DNA from: Takakia lepidozioides
Taxonomy: Eukaryota; Plantae; Bryophyta
Direction: 5' to 3'
DNA length: 64,000 nt
Assembly (NCBI GenBank): GCA_030704615.1
Contig: CM060734.1
Coordinates: 992,001 to 1,056,000, forward strand
This document shows positions 38,802 to 52,368 of this stretch, in pieces. Positions within the stretch are counted from its first letter, which is position 1, and each line of letters opens with the position of its first letter. Below the pieces are notes generated by a model, which was not told the DNA's origin, made no database searches, and saw only the letters and a list, made by a program, of their open reading frames with translations. A program made the translations under genes and the position numbers.

Positions 38802-39030
38802 AATTCAGACCAGTTCCCAACGTATCTGGAGCGACCCTAGAAATTGTATTCTCGCACGGTACATTTGGGAGCAGTTGTTAACCCAATTGGCTGGCTTCCT
38901 TGGTTGGGTACCTTTGCATTCAAGACCCTTTTCTATGCAGAGTATCAAAGCAGGCGGTCTTATGGGGTCTCATACAGGTCCACGCAAATCACCAGTCCAA
39001 AGGTGGCCGACCACTTTTCAGGCTGCAAAC
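38802..39030 (+). pseudogene. Captured pectin methylesterase C-terminal fragment (antisense to the element)
   Basis: [15 protein letters not shown]...VVNPIGWLPWLGTFAFKTLFYAEYQ resembles TYLGRPWK.YSRTV...GW..W...L.TL.Y.EY. Confidence 0.8.
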
Positions 39031-39948
39031 ACCTGGCTACCAGGTACATGAATCAATGGGTTTTATACTTCCCTCTGATTTCTTCAATAGCTGATGTCGC
39101 AGCTTCCTTTGTCTGGAATGTTGCTTAGACAATCGTCTTCTGCATCCCTCATGTTGATGCAAAAGATCCGCAAGCTGGAGAAGTTTTTTAAGACAAATAA
39201 AATAAAATAAAACCCAATGTGACCAGCAGCAGCCGACAGAGGCTGATAGGTGGCAGACCTCCTACTAGCTCTCCAGCAGCCCGCAGTAGCTTGAACCTTC
39301 CACCCTGAGCCTAGCAGGCATAAAGAAGGGCGGGAATCTTCCAGCTTCCCCGAATGATACACTCGATGCAGTGAAAATCAGAATAATACAAAGCTTTGCC
39401 CTGTTTCCACAAGAAAATCGCAGTGATAGAGACGTCCCAATGAAATGATATTGCTCAAGAGACGACGCATTACATCACCAATAAGTACAATCGACATCTG
39501 CACGCATTGGCTGGTGACGTGCAATCCAGCTCGATGCCCAGGTAGCAGTTCCGCACACCGTCACCGCTTGCTCTACATTCTCGCGGCCTCACTAGCCCCA
39601 ATACATGCTTCTACTTGTGCTCGACTTGGTGATTTCAGATGCCACTAGTACTTGGACCGGCCCCCATGGTGAAGATTGAACCTGCTCGACCTTCAGTGTC
39701 CGGCAATGCACCGGTTAACCTATATTACGGGAAGCAATACCTTCTTTCAACAATATAGGCTTCTCAGTTCAGCCCCTTCCAACAACCTTGTACAAAGCAA
39801 AGCATTCTGTTCTCAACAGATATATATATGGATTACATAATTCTCCACTTCACCTGCCCTCAAACAAGCTTTGAAACAAAAACAAGTATACTAGTGCTAA
39901 CTAAAAACTCACATCTAGCACTGACGATGCAAGCTCATCTCTCTCGAG

Positions 39949-40303
39949 TGAAATGAAAACTAAACTCACACTGTCACTTGACACAAAAACACGAAATACA
40001 ATACAATCACGCGTTAAAATAAGAGTCGAGCCAGTGGCACCCCAAGCTATGGGGACTCCACCCCACAACATCCTACTCTCCCTCCATAAGTACACTCAGA
40101 TGCTAAGCAGCGAGGGAGCTTGGTCGTGCAGGCTCAACTCGAGAGAGATGAGCCGCACGACTGACGAGCTCGTGAAGATAAGATGGTTCAGGTGTCAAGC
40201 TAAACTTGACACCTGACTTAACACTTGAATTAATTCCAAGTGTTAAATATAAATAACTAGATTTATTCTAGTTAGTTTCACACTGTGTTTATTTAACTTG
40301 ACA
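39949..40303 (-). repeat. Repeat B1 of element 1
   Basis: About 11 differences from 11420-11774; same subfamily, distinct from element 2 B. Confidence 0.92.
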
Positions 40304-43300
40304 ATTGATATGGTGGGCCTGAGCAGAAATGCTTACTCACTTCCTCACCAATGATGCCTTAAGAGCGTGGCGGACTGTGGGCACTATGGCTATGAGTTGT
40401 GCAAACGTAATGTTTGCTTGAATATGGCAAAGATCCTCCATTAGATTGTACGGTTCCAGCTCGTCTGTGAACCGCATAGTTGAATGCATCCTCCTCCAGA
40501 TAAGCTTTTCTAGTGCCGCTGGCCGATTCGTCGGACTCTTCGCTCTTGATTCAGGGGGTCGAGAAATGGTTGGTCAGACTATTGGAGGTTCCGCCTTTGC
40601 GAATGCTACCTCTTTTTCTTTGGGATGATGCATAGCTACCTTTTCCGGGGCTAGCTGTCGCTGTTGGAGTGGCCTCCGGCTCACTCGCAATCCAATTTAC
40701 TTGGTGTTGCGTCTCCTGAAGGCGCGTTGTATGATTGGGTTGTACATTGGTCTGTTGTTGCTGAGGCGGCGCCGAGGTAGACGCTTGATGTCCTCCCTAC
40801 ACCCTTACATCCTTAGGGGGAGACCACGTGTTAGAAGAACCCTGGGCTATCTGAGCCGCAGGATTTGAATAAGCTGCTCGGGCAGTCTGTCCCTGAGCGG
40901 CATTGCCCCCTGAGTATGATAGAACTGCCCGATCCGGCCTAGGTCATTGTGCTATCTGCGTTGGTGTAGCAAAATACATGCTATGCTGTTGCGGTAGAGG
41001 GTTGGGTGGTTCAATCGCATACTGATCCGGGAATGGGGCTCGTTGCCCTTCCAAATTCCTCTCTACTTGCTGGATGGTGGCAGGGGCCGATCGGTCCACC
41101 TGCCTCCGGGAACATCTCTCCAAGGGATGGCCTCTTTGGCCGCAATGCAAACATACTATATCACTCCAACAGTCTTCTGTTGGGTGAGTGGTTCTGCCAC
41201 ATTTTTTACAACCTTTCCTGGATTGACTGAATTGTCGTTTTGATCTATCCTGATAAGTCGGGTTTCGGCTTACCTGCCTCTCCCAGGTGGGATAAGGATA
41301 ATGTTGAGCAGCATGCCCAAGACCGTTGCAGTTGGAGCACCATACCTTTGCCGGGTTGGGGCCGGATTCTCCTACTGGAGCAACATCTTGATACCCCACG
41401 TAGCTGGTGATCTGCTGGCCGATGGAGCTCATGCGATCGCCCATTGTTTTGATGGTTTTGATGAGAGAGGTGACTTGCGCCTCCAAATGGCCCACCCGTG
41501 AATTAGACTGGCCAGGGGAATCTGCATACGAGTTAGTAGGGGCAGCATTCCTATACTGTGGCACGGTCAGTGCTACTGCTGGTGTAGGGGACATCGCCGG
41601 GGCGTATGGCCATGCTCCTACTACATATGACGGCATATAGTGTAGAGCGGGTTGGATCACCGCTAATGGCGTCGGCTCTTGCGTGGGCTCGATCGTAATG
41701 TATGATGGAAGTGCAAAGTCGGGCATCTTGGCCCGTTGTACCTGGCGATGCATGTTGTCGAACTCCTTGCCGGCTTGTATGGCATCTACCAGTGTTGCAG
41801 GTCTTTGCTGCAAAACAAGAAAGTGAGTGGTCTCTCGTAATCCACTCAGAAAACAATCCTTCAATACCCCATCATCTAGGGGGTTAAAGGGTTTTGGAGT
41901 CGCATCAACTCCCGAAATCGCATTTCAAAGTCCGCTACCTCCTCTGTGGGGCCTTGGCGGATCCTGGTCAGTGCCATCAAGACACTGGTGAACTGCTGGA
42001 CCGCTCGAAAATGATCTAAAAATGCGTCCCGAATCTGCTGCCAAGTGACGAATGTACCTAGCGCCTGTTGCCAATACCAAGTGGACGCCCTACCCCTCAT
42101 GGTCGTGGGAAACCATATCAACCAATAGGCATCATTTAACACTTGGTTAGAATAGCAACACTAAATAAAGCTTTACACATGATACTCTGGGTTTTCATGT
42201 GCTTCCCCGGAAAACCAAGGCAAATGCCTGGGTAACGTTAACGGGGGCAGGCCTGCTGGGACCACAATAGGTACCTCAAGAGGTCCTGGAACATGTGCCA
42301 TAACTGACACTAACGACGGCGAAGGGCTCCTTGACCTGGCCGGTGGTGTATAAGGGGGACTAGATACAGGGGAAACCACTCGTGAATACTCAATCTCTGA
42401 AGAGCTGTCAGTGTTCTCTCCTTCCCACTCTATCTTACCAAAACTTCTAGTTTATGAGTCTGATTGTGGACTCAATGTTGGGTGTTTCCCTAGCAGTTGA
42501 TCTCTGACGGCTTCTCGAGCCAGTCTCCTTTGCAACCTAATATCAAAGGATATGCTATCCAAGCTTGGGAGTGTGGCTCTTGATCCTGAGCTAGACATAC
42601 ACTCACTGTTGTGCTGATGAGGATTCTCCTACCTCAGCCTGTACTGAAGGACCTATATTACCTTGAACAACCATGTCAAGAATAAACGAGGTCAGATTTA
42701 AATACCTTCCATGGAACCTTGGCGATGGAGGCACGTCAGTGTGCAATCTATGGTGCATTAAAGGATACCTAATGGGCCACGGTCCTTCACAATGCAAGCA
42801 TTATGATCGGAGTATCAGATGCTGGTGTGCGAAGAATGGACAAGACTCACAGTGAGTAAAGAAATCAACTTGCCACCTTAGGTGGGCTACAAACGACGAC
42901 CTCGGGTGTAATGCGCCTAAGTAAATGCCTGGACAGGAACAACCCGGGAATACAAATCTATCTGGACACCAGTAAGAATTCTGAGTGGTGCCGTCGGGTA
43001 GAGTTCGGGTGTTCCAAACTCGTTCGTCGACCAACGTTTCTTATTCACCCAGGTACCGAATATATTCTTCGATCCGTTCTCGGGTAGACCGTGGTGTATG
43101 GAAGAACCGGTGCCGGATGCGTTTCACTTTTTCATCAAAGGACATCCAAATGGTGTTCTACGCTGGCTTATCAGTGACCCACTTCTACACTTGTGTTAAA
43201 CCTGTCATAAGCAATCATACCATTTAACGGTGCTGGTTTGGTACAATGGTGCTCAACCGCACGCCACTACCATACTCCTCAGCACTCCAAGCAAATGAGG

Positions 43301-46200
43301 TCCGAACCCCTCTAGTAGGAGTTCCATGAACAAAACCTCTAATTTGACTCCCTAGGATGGCTACTGGTGGCAGGATCGTCCCCTTCCTCCTCTGAGGAAG
43401 TGTACTCAGTAGGTCCACTCGGGGCACTCTCTACTGAAGAGGTGGCATGTACCACCCGGGGCGGTAAATGAGGCAATTGCGCCAAAGGGACTCTCAGACC
43501 AAAAGGAAAAACTACTAGCCGAACTAGGACCGGTGGTAGTGTCCTACAAGCTACAACATGTGATGCAACAAAAGAACTCTCTGCTGGCCGATCTCTAACT
43601 GTGCCTAGCAGGGTTAATGAACTAGATGAAATCAACTCACGAATAAGGGCTGATGACGTGTTCCCCGGTGATAGTACCGAGGAGGCAAGAATGGTTGGCA
43701 GGCCCTCCTTGGGTGGGGGAGGTGCTCACTCTCGACTCCGTCCTCTCCTGGGCCGACTCCAATCAACCAGTCCACGAAAGCGGGGCGATGTCCGCAAATA
43801 GTGCGCCCCACACACTCCCTCAACGGAGTGGAACGCCTAGCGACCCTACTGCGCGTGTAGAGCAGGGTGTCGGTGATGGTGCGACACAACACACAACAAG
43901 CCATGTAGGCCACCTGCCACGCAAGATGGACCTCAAGGGCCGAATCAAAATGAATATACGCAAGAAAGGGTGGCTGACAACAGCCTGGCCAACGAGTGTT
44001 GAACCGAAAAAATGTAGCAATAGGGGCCGTCCGGGCTCCGGGGCCTCGGGGTTCAACTCGAGCAGAGATCCAATACTCTTGATACTCCTCTGCAATGGTC
44101 AGGATGCGTCGTAGCATCAGCCTGCAAATCACTGTGGCCTCGGGGCGAGGTACGTCTCCAGTCCTGGTGCTGGAAATGATGCGGTAGAGTCCGATCACCT
44201 GGTACTCAAAGGAATGCTCCCGACGAGGGAGTGCCAATGGTGCAGCCATACTGCCACTCAAAATTCTCCACGTGGTTAGCCCTGTGCTTAACTCAAATGC
44301 AAGAAATCTATCTAGATGTACCTATTGGTTCACTCAGTCTTTTCCTGTCCGAGTCAAAACATAAAACGTCAATAAAAAATGAAAAGAACAAAAATCCCAA
44401 AGGAGAATGACAAAGGTCCAATTCTCCTTCTATTCGGAATACAAAGAGTCCTGACTATTCACTTACCTCCCGGCAGATGTACCATTCATATGACGAGCCC
44501 TGAGCGCGCGCGGTCAGGGTGACGGCATAGTAGTCTAGGAGGGTCGTGGTAAGTTGCGGTGTAGGTTAGGCTCATTGAACCGCCTACCCGACTACGGTTA
44601 GTGCATGGGGTCCGTGGTCGTATATGGTGGCTATGATCACTATTTAAGTTCTACCGGCAAAGAGAAATCACGTACTCCTCTTCACAGGGCAAGTTTGCGT
44701 TTCTAAGTCCTACAATCTACTCAGTAACTACCTTCCAAGTCTTTGTGTTTTATTGTCTAATTCCTACCGCCTAGGCCCCCGAGCCGCCTATAGCCGGGAC
44801 ATGTTTTAATCCCTTCACAAGGCACTTGCCGAGCCTAGAGGGAAAATCTTCCTCTCCCAATGCCCCTCTTTCGCCGAGGGTTTGAGTTCAAGTCACTTCT
44901 AATGGAAGGTCCAACGCTTCCTACCCCAGTGCCTAAATACTTTGTTTTAGCAAAGGAGTGGCCAAAATGCCTATCGTCATCCAATAGGTTCACCAAGTTC
45001 AATAAGGTGGTTCTAAGCCCCTCAACTCAACAAGTTCAATTAGTTTAATCAATGCCCTACAGGCTATAACGAGCACCACGTGCATCTATCCTATTTAAGT
45101 AATTTCGCAAATCAGAAATGTTGGAAAATAAAAGAAATTAAGAAAAATCAGAAAAATTACCTCCCCTATGGGAAATCATGTGGGGAATCCAAAGATACCC
45201 TTGGCGCCTAAAGATGCCCTTGGGAACCCAATGAGAACCGAGGAACACCCGGGAACCGTTCCCTGCCGCGGGGAACTGTCGCGGCTCTATCGGATGAATG
45301 AATCTCGCTGAGAGCTCATCCCTGCATACTACATTCGTTAGTCCAAAACATGCATGCGTAAATAATAAAATAACCACTGGTGGATCCAAGCCAGATTTCA
45401 CCCCCTTACATTATTTTAAGGCGCTGGTGCGCTTTCCCTCCGTGGAAAAAGTCATCCTCTACCTTGGGCTCTGACACAAAGGCTCACTGTAGCCGAGTTT
45501 TTAGGACATAGTACTTTCTCTCCTTCCTTGTCTCTCGAGGTCTCCGCCTCTAGCTCACTGCTCCCATGCCCGCTTGGCTCTCTCTTGGAGTCCTAAGAAC
45601 GCTCCCCTCCAAGGCTACGTCCTCCCAAAATCCTAGATTTTATCTACCACTGGCGCCTTAGATAATGGCTCCTAACCCTTAGAGAGGTATAAATTGAATC
45701 TAATAACTAAAGGTAAGAATACCCCCCTTTAAGGGAATTTGCAGACGCATTGCCCGCTGGGTAAAACACCCCGCCACGTGGCGGGGCTCAGATCCGCGCG
45801 TAGTGGTCCAAACCGTGGACCGCTGCGGTTAACGCCAGCGTCCGCCGGTCCGTCTCAACTTCTGGTTATCCAGCGGTAAAGACCCGCACCCTGCTCGCAC
45901 GCTTCAGGGCCTCACGCCTGAGCCACGCGGCTGATGTTCTTGATCTCAGTACGACTTAAGGTCAGCGCTGGGGCCCCACTCCCGTACGTCGTGGCTGGGC
46001 CACGGCTGCCTCCACGCTTTTAGTAATCGAGTCCCTACTCTCTAGGCGCAGCACCCGCGCTCCTCCCGGGCTGCTCGCGACTTTGGGGCAGCTGCTGTCA
46101 AGCGAAATTAGCCCGCCCAAACCCCAAGACAAAAAATACAACCCATATTTTCAAGGTTAACCACTCGAGCCCAGGCTCGAGCTCTCCTATTGGTGGAGGC
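40304..46200 (-). mobile_element. Older degenerate Gypsy-like element (gag with several zinc knuckles, long leader); right boundary uncertain
   Basis: LPWFSGEAHENPEYHV, FPTTMRGRASTWY, IRQGPTEEVADF, CFLSGL, CKKCGRTTHPTEDC, CLHCGQRGHPLERC in 40944-42379. Confidence 0.6.
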
Positions 46201-46209
46201 ACGTCCTCT

Positions 46210-49200
46210 ACACTTTGAACCATTTTTTAATGACCTCATACTTGCTCGGTACCTGTTCAACGACATGTACAACATACTGGCAAAGTTTCAAAACAATCAA
46301 AAATTGTTGAATGAAGAAACCATTGGTTCACCCATTGCAATATTTTAAATCAAACTCATACTTGTCCGGTACCTTTAAGAAGGCATGTACAATGCAATGG
46401 CAAAGTTTGAAAGCAATCAGATCATTTCATCAAGTAATCATTGGTTCATCCTGTGAACCATTTTTGATTGATCTCATACTTATCCGGTCCATGTAAGAGG
46501 GCATGTAGAACATACTGGCAAAGTTTCAAATTGATTGACCATGTACTTGTCCCATCCCTATAAGAGGGCATATACAACGCAATGGCAAAGTTGCAAAGCA
46601 ATAAAAAATCATTTCATCAATTAATCATTGGTTCATCCTTTGAATCATTTTTTATTCGCCTCATACTTGTCCGGTTCTTCTAAAAGGGCATGTACAACAC
46701 ACTCGCAAAGATTGGAATGAAAATAAAACCATTTGATGAAGGAACTGTTGGTTCACCCATTGAACCATTCTTTATTCACCTCATTCTTGTCTGGTACCTG
46801 TAATAGGGCATGTAGAACACACTTGCAAACATTGGAATGAATCAAATATCATTTGACCCCCGAACTACTCGTTAAACGAGTAACGATTAATCACGAATAA
46901 ATGAACGGACGAATAAATCATTTGCCTCCCCATCGACGCGCTCACCCCTCAAGCCATTCCATAATTGAATTGAATTTAAATTAATTTTAAGCCAATAAAT
47001 AGGTTTGCACTGCCTTTCATTGGGGGTTTCTGGCACGTATCAATTTTGTTTTTGGCTCAATTTTGTTCTGCGGCTTCAAGCATCCCACCGCTACTCCCCC
47101 GCCAAAATTTGGACCAATCAAAAATGCCCCAAAAAAAAAAGTTTTCTCTTTGTTCACTGTTGCATAACTCTCTGTGAATAGTGCATGAAGTAGAACACAA
47201 ATCAAGTTTGGAGTGCAAAACAGGGAAGAAACTATGGTTTTGCGTCCAAATGGATTTTGTTCACTCCCAAATTTGGCACGCACATTGCATATGGAGTCAT
47301 TACATGCCCCATTCAAAAATGGAATGAAAAAGAAATCATGAGCACGCGAAACGCGGTCCAACAAGTCCCAAAGTAATAGCAGATCCAATGAAATACATTC
47401 AATGGGTGAACGGATGGTTGCCCATCCAAATCATTTCTGTTTGCTTCCAAACTTTGCCAGTACGTTCGAGACATCCTCTCATAGGTCCCGGACTATTATG
47501 ACATTAATCGAAATTCATTTGATGGCTCAACGGATTGGTTGGCCATTGAAATGGTTCGCTTTGAGACTTGGCCAGTATATTCAATGTACCATGCAAGAGG
47601 CCTCAGAGTAATATGAGATCAATCGAAATTCGTTCAATGGGCCAACGGATGGTTGCCCATCCAAATGATTTTCGTTCGCTTTGAGACTTGGCCAGTGTGT
47701 TCAATATACCCTCTGATAGGTCCCAGTGTAATATGAGATCAATGGAAATTCGTTCAATGGGCCAATGAGGCATTCAGTTGTCATCTGGTTTTTGTTCATT
47801 GCGAAAAAAAAATCTTGCAATGCGTGCATGGCTATTGCACCCATTGAACGGATGTGGTTGAAGCCCCTCTTTTGCCCGCATGTGCTTGAACATGTGTGCA
47901 ATACATATGCGGAGACACAACAGACGAATAAATCATTTGCCTCCCCATCGACGCGCTCACCCCTCAAGCCATTCCATAATTTAATTTAATTTTAATTAAT
48001 TTTAAGTCAATAAATAGGTTTGCACTGCCTTTTCTGGCACGTATCGATTTTGTTTTTGGTTCAATTTTGTTCTGCGGCTTCAAGCATCCCATTGCTACTC
48101 CCCCGCCAAAATTTGGATCAATCAAAATTGCCCCCAAAAAAAGGTGTTCTCTTCGCTCACTATTGAAGAACTCTTTATGAAGAATGCATGAAGTAGAATA
48201 CAAATCAAGTTTAGAGTGCAAAACAGGGAAGAAACTGTGGTTTTGGGTCCAAATGAATTTTGTTTGCTCCCAAATTTGGCACACATGTTGCATATAGAGT
48301 CATTATACGCCCCATTAAAAAACAGAATGAAAAAAAAATCATGAGCACGCGAAACGCAGTCCAACAGGTCCCAAAGTAATAGCAGATCCAACGGAATACA
48401 TTCAACGGGTGAACGGATGGTTTCCCATCCAAATCATTTTTGTTTGCTTCTAAACTTTGCCAGTACGTTTGAGACATCCTCTCACAGGTCCCAGACTAAT
48501 ATGAGATCAATCGAAATTCATTCAATGGCTCAACGGATGGTTGGCCATCAAAATGATTTTGGTTCGCTTTGAGACTTGGCTAGTATGTTCAATGTACCAT
48601 GTAAGAGCCCCAGAGATATGAGATCAATCGAAATTCGTTCAATGGGCCAACGGATGGTTGCCCATCCAAATGATTTTCGTTCGCTTTGAGACTTGGCCAG
48701 CGTGTTCAATGTACCCTCTGATAGGTCCCAGTGTAATATAAAATAAATCGTTAACGATTTATCATGAATTATCCAACAGTGAAACTGTTGGTTCACCCTT
48801 TGAACCATTTTACATTGACCTCATACTTGTCCGGTAACTTTAAGAGGGCATGTACAAGACACTCGCAAAGTTTCAAATCAATCCAAAATCATTTGGCATG
48901 GGAATGATTGGTTCACCCATAGCCAATTTCAGGGGCTGGACTTGCAATTTGAGGGGCTTCAATTGCCAATTTGAGGGGCTGGACTAGCAATTGCCATTTC
49001 ACAGGCTACAATTGCAATTTGAGGGGTTGGAATTGCCATTTCAGGGGCTAGAATTGTAATTTGAGGGTTGGAATTAAATTGAGGGGTTGGAATTGACAAT
49101 TTCAAGGGCTCTAGTTACAATTTGAGGGGCGGCCGGAGTTGGCCATTTTATGGACTGGCATTACCAATTTTAAGGGCTTGAATTGCATTTTGAATTGTAA

Positions 49201-50780
49201 TTCAAGGGTTAGAATGGGCCATTAGGGGGCTAGAATTACCAAAGCAATGACATCCAAAGCAGTGACATCCAAAGCAATATAAAATCATTTGATAGCGGAA
49301 TGATTGGTTCACCCTTTCAACCATTTTTTATTCACGTCATACTTTTCCGGTACCTGTAAGAGGGCATGTGGCAGACACTTGCAAAGCTTCAAAGCAATGT
49401 AAATTCATTTCATAGGGGAACAATTGGTTCACCCTTTCAACCATATTTGACTGACCTCATACTTGTCCAGTACCTTTAAGATGGCATGTGAAAGACACTT
49501 GCAAAGCTTCAAAACTCTCAAAAATCATTTGATATGTTCATGATTGATTCACCCTTTCAACCATTTTAGATTGACTTGAAACTTGTGAAAGACCTGTAAG
49601 AGGGCATGTACAAGACACTTGCAAAGTTTCAAATCAATTTAAAATCATTTGGTAGGGGGACGATTGGTTCACCCTTTAAACCATTTTAGATTGATGTCAT
49701 ACTTCTCAAAGACGTGTAAGAGGGCATGTAGAAGACACTTGCAAAGTTTCGGAGCAATAAAATATCATTTCATTGGGGAAGTTTCCGTTCACTCTTTCAT
49801 CCAAATTTGAATTGAACTGGATTTTTACTAAATAAAATGATTTAGAGGGCATAGGATTGTGGATTTGTGGGGCGTAATGATTTTGTTTTTGGCTTGATTT
49901 TGTTTGGTGAGTTGAACCCTCACACCACCACATCCTTGCCAAAAAATGTACCAAAGAAAAATGTTTGAAAAAAAACGTTCATCCTTTGCTCTATGCTCAC
50001 TATTGCAGTACTCTCTATGAAGAGTGCATGAAGTTGAAGATAACTTCACCTTGGAGTGCAAATGAGGGAATAAAATGTGGTTTTGGATGCAAACGATGTC
50101 TGTTCATGGTGATATTTTGCATGCAGACTCTTCATGTTGTTATCAAGCATATGGCTTCAGAATGGAATTAAAAACAATTCATGTGCAGGTGAAAGGTTGT
50201 TTCTCATCTGTACGACACATACCTCCGTTATGAATTTGAATAACCCATTCAAACAACTTTGTTGAAGTTCAACTTTGGTCCACATGTGCTTAAGTACGTA
50301 CAAATCACATACACAAAGTTGCAAGCGAAGAAAAAATAATTTGTCCCCCGAACGACTCGTTAAACCTTTCAACCAATTTTCAATCATGAATCATTTAATA
50401 GGGGAACTATTGGTTCACCATTAGAACCATTTTAGATTGACCTCATACTTGTCCGGTAACTTTAAGAGGGCATGTAGAAGACACTCGCAAAGTTTCAAAT
50501 CAATCTAAAATCATTTGGCAGGGGAACGATTGGTTCACCCATTGAACCAATTTTGATTCACGTCATACTTGTCCGGTACATGTAAGAGGGCATGTGGCAG
50601 ACACTTGAAAAGCTTCAAAGCAATATAAAATCATTTGATAGCAGAACGATTGGTTCACCCTTTCAACCATTTTTTATTCGCCAGATACTTGTCCGGTATC
50701 TGTAAGAGGGCATGCTGGCCCGTTGAACCATTTTGATTAACTTCAAACTTGTCAAAGACCTGTAACAGGGCATGTAGAAC
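46210..50780 (+). repeat. Arrays of a 120-bp AT-rich unit in both orientations, with a ~1 kb direct duplication (46905-47765 and 47925-48740)
   Basis: Unit tcatacttgtccggtacctgtaagagggcatgt...ttggttcaccc; exact 120-bp period at 49321/49441/49561/49681; reversed units at 47400-47765 and 48400-48740. Confidence 0.88.
48920..49240 (+). repeat. ~20-bp degenerate minisatellite (aatttgaggggctggaattgc)
   Basis: Roughly 15 visible units. Confidence 0.8.
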
Positions 50781-50949
50781 CCTTTTCCATATTTGAAGTA
50801 AGTATGAATAGTCTGAGATCTCTCAAAGTAGAGATATTGTGACCTGCATTATAGTACTCCATTGAAGCAACATTCTTGTCCAATATAATGCATGCAACAT
50901 CAGTTGGAGCGTCGTCCATGACCCCATTGGTGTTGTTGGCGGGAATGTG

Positions 50950-52130
50950 AATTGTTGGATGCACAGCTTCTTTTGCTACGGACGGGTGAGAGAATGATAA
51001 GTATTGATCATTGTTCGTACAATTGCTTGTATGTGCTAAAGTAGTTTGACAAGCAAATGTTCACACAATGATCACTAACTACCATTCTCTCACCCATTCG
51101 GAGCAAAAGGAGCTATGCGTCCAAAATTGTCGCCTGAACTTCTCATTCGCCACGTGTCATGATCCATGAGCGCTCGGCTGCCATGTCAACATTGGTCGTC
51201 TTGGAACTTGCCGGGAACCTGAAGTGTTGGATGCACAGCTTGTTCTGATACGAACGAGTGAGAGAATGGTAAGTAATGATCGTTCTTCGAACCCTTGGTT
51301 GTACATGCTATACTAGTTTCACATTGTTTTAAATTGGTTGTAAAGGAGAACCAATCGTTCCTCATCATGGCAATATGTGTGTATTTGCGAGCTTTTCAAT
51401 TGGTTCATGTGACGAAATCAACGTTCCCCAAACAAATGATTATGTATTGCTTTGAAGTTGTGGCGATGAATCAATTTCCTATTACTACATCAGATAAAGA
51501 ACAGAAACATGATATTAATGAATCATCGCTTTTCAATTGGAGGGCATTTTGACAGGTCTTTCCATTAGGTAAACAGTCTCACATGTGGTGTCATCCTCAA
51601 GGTTTTCGGCAGAGAGCAGGTTCATTGCCAGTAAATCACATATTTCTCTCTACCTGACTTGATCCCATGTCAAACAATGCAATGGAAAGCAAACTAGAGA
51701 GATATATATGCGATTTACTGGCAATGAAACTACTCTCTGCCGAAAACCTTGAATATGACACCAGATGTGAGACTAATTACCTAATGGAGGGACCTGTCAA
51801 CATGCCCTACAACACAAAATGAGGATTCGGTAATCTCTTGTTTCTGTTCTATATTTGAAGTAGTAATACGAGTTTCATTCATTGCACAGCTTCAAAGCAA
51901 TTAAAAATCAGTTGACTAGGGATTGCATCTTTCGTCACAAGAACGATTTGAAAACCTTGTAAATTCACCCATCTTGCCATGATAAGGAACGATTGGTTGT
52001 CATTTACAAGCAATTTACAGCAATGTGAAACTAGTGCAGACCGTATAAGCAAGAATTCGGACAACGATCATGAACTACCACGCTCTCACCCATTCGGAGT
52101 AGAAGAAGCTATGCATCCAGAACTGTCGTG
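50950..52130. repeat. Foldback inverted repeats (small 50955-51125; large ~51225-51652 vs ~51695-52120)
   Basis: For example ggttttcggcagagag vs ctctctgccgaaaacc; cattgccagtaaatc vs gatttactggcaatg. Confidence 0.8.
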
Positions 52131-52368
52131 TGGACTTCTCAGTCGCTATAGGCCCAATGCCTCTGACCCAGGAGGTTTGAGCGCTCGGCTGCCATGTCAT
52201 CTGCGTCATGTACACTGTCACTCTTCGAGATTCGTGGGTGTGGTGCTTGATTATCCCATATGATGGACCCAGGTGCCATGGCCAAGTAACAAATCATTAA
52301 AACATGATGGTACGAGACAAACACAATTGAAAATAACATTTATTCAAACATGATGTACAGTCAGAGGT

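Larger units (their letters stand above)
32487..40303 (-). mobile_element. 5' half of DNMT-Gypsy element 1 (B1, self-PBS, leader, gag, PR, DNMT, RT, partial RH)
   Basis: Colinear with 22003-27364; B1 39949-40303; PBS 39933-39948; flank CAAT on the element strand. Confidence 0.92.
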
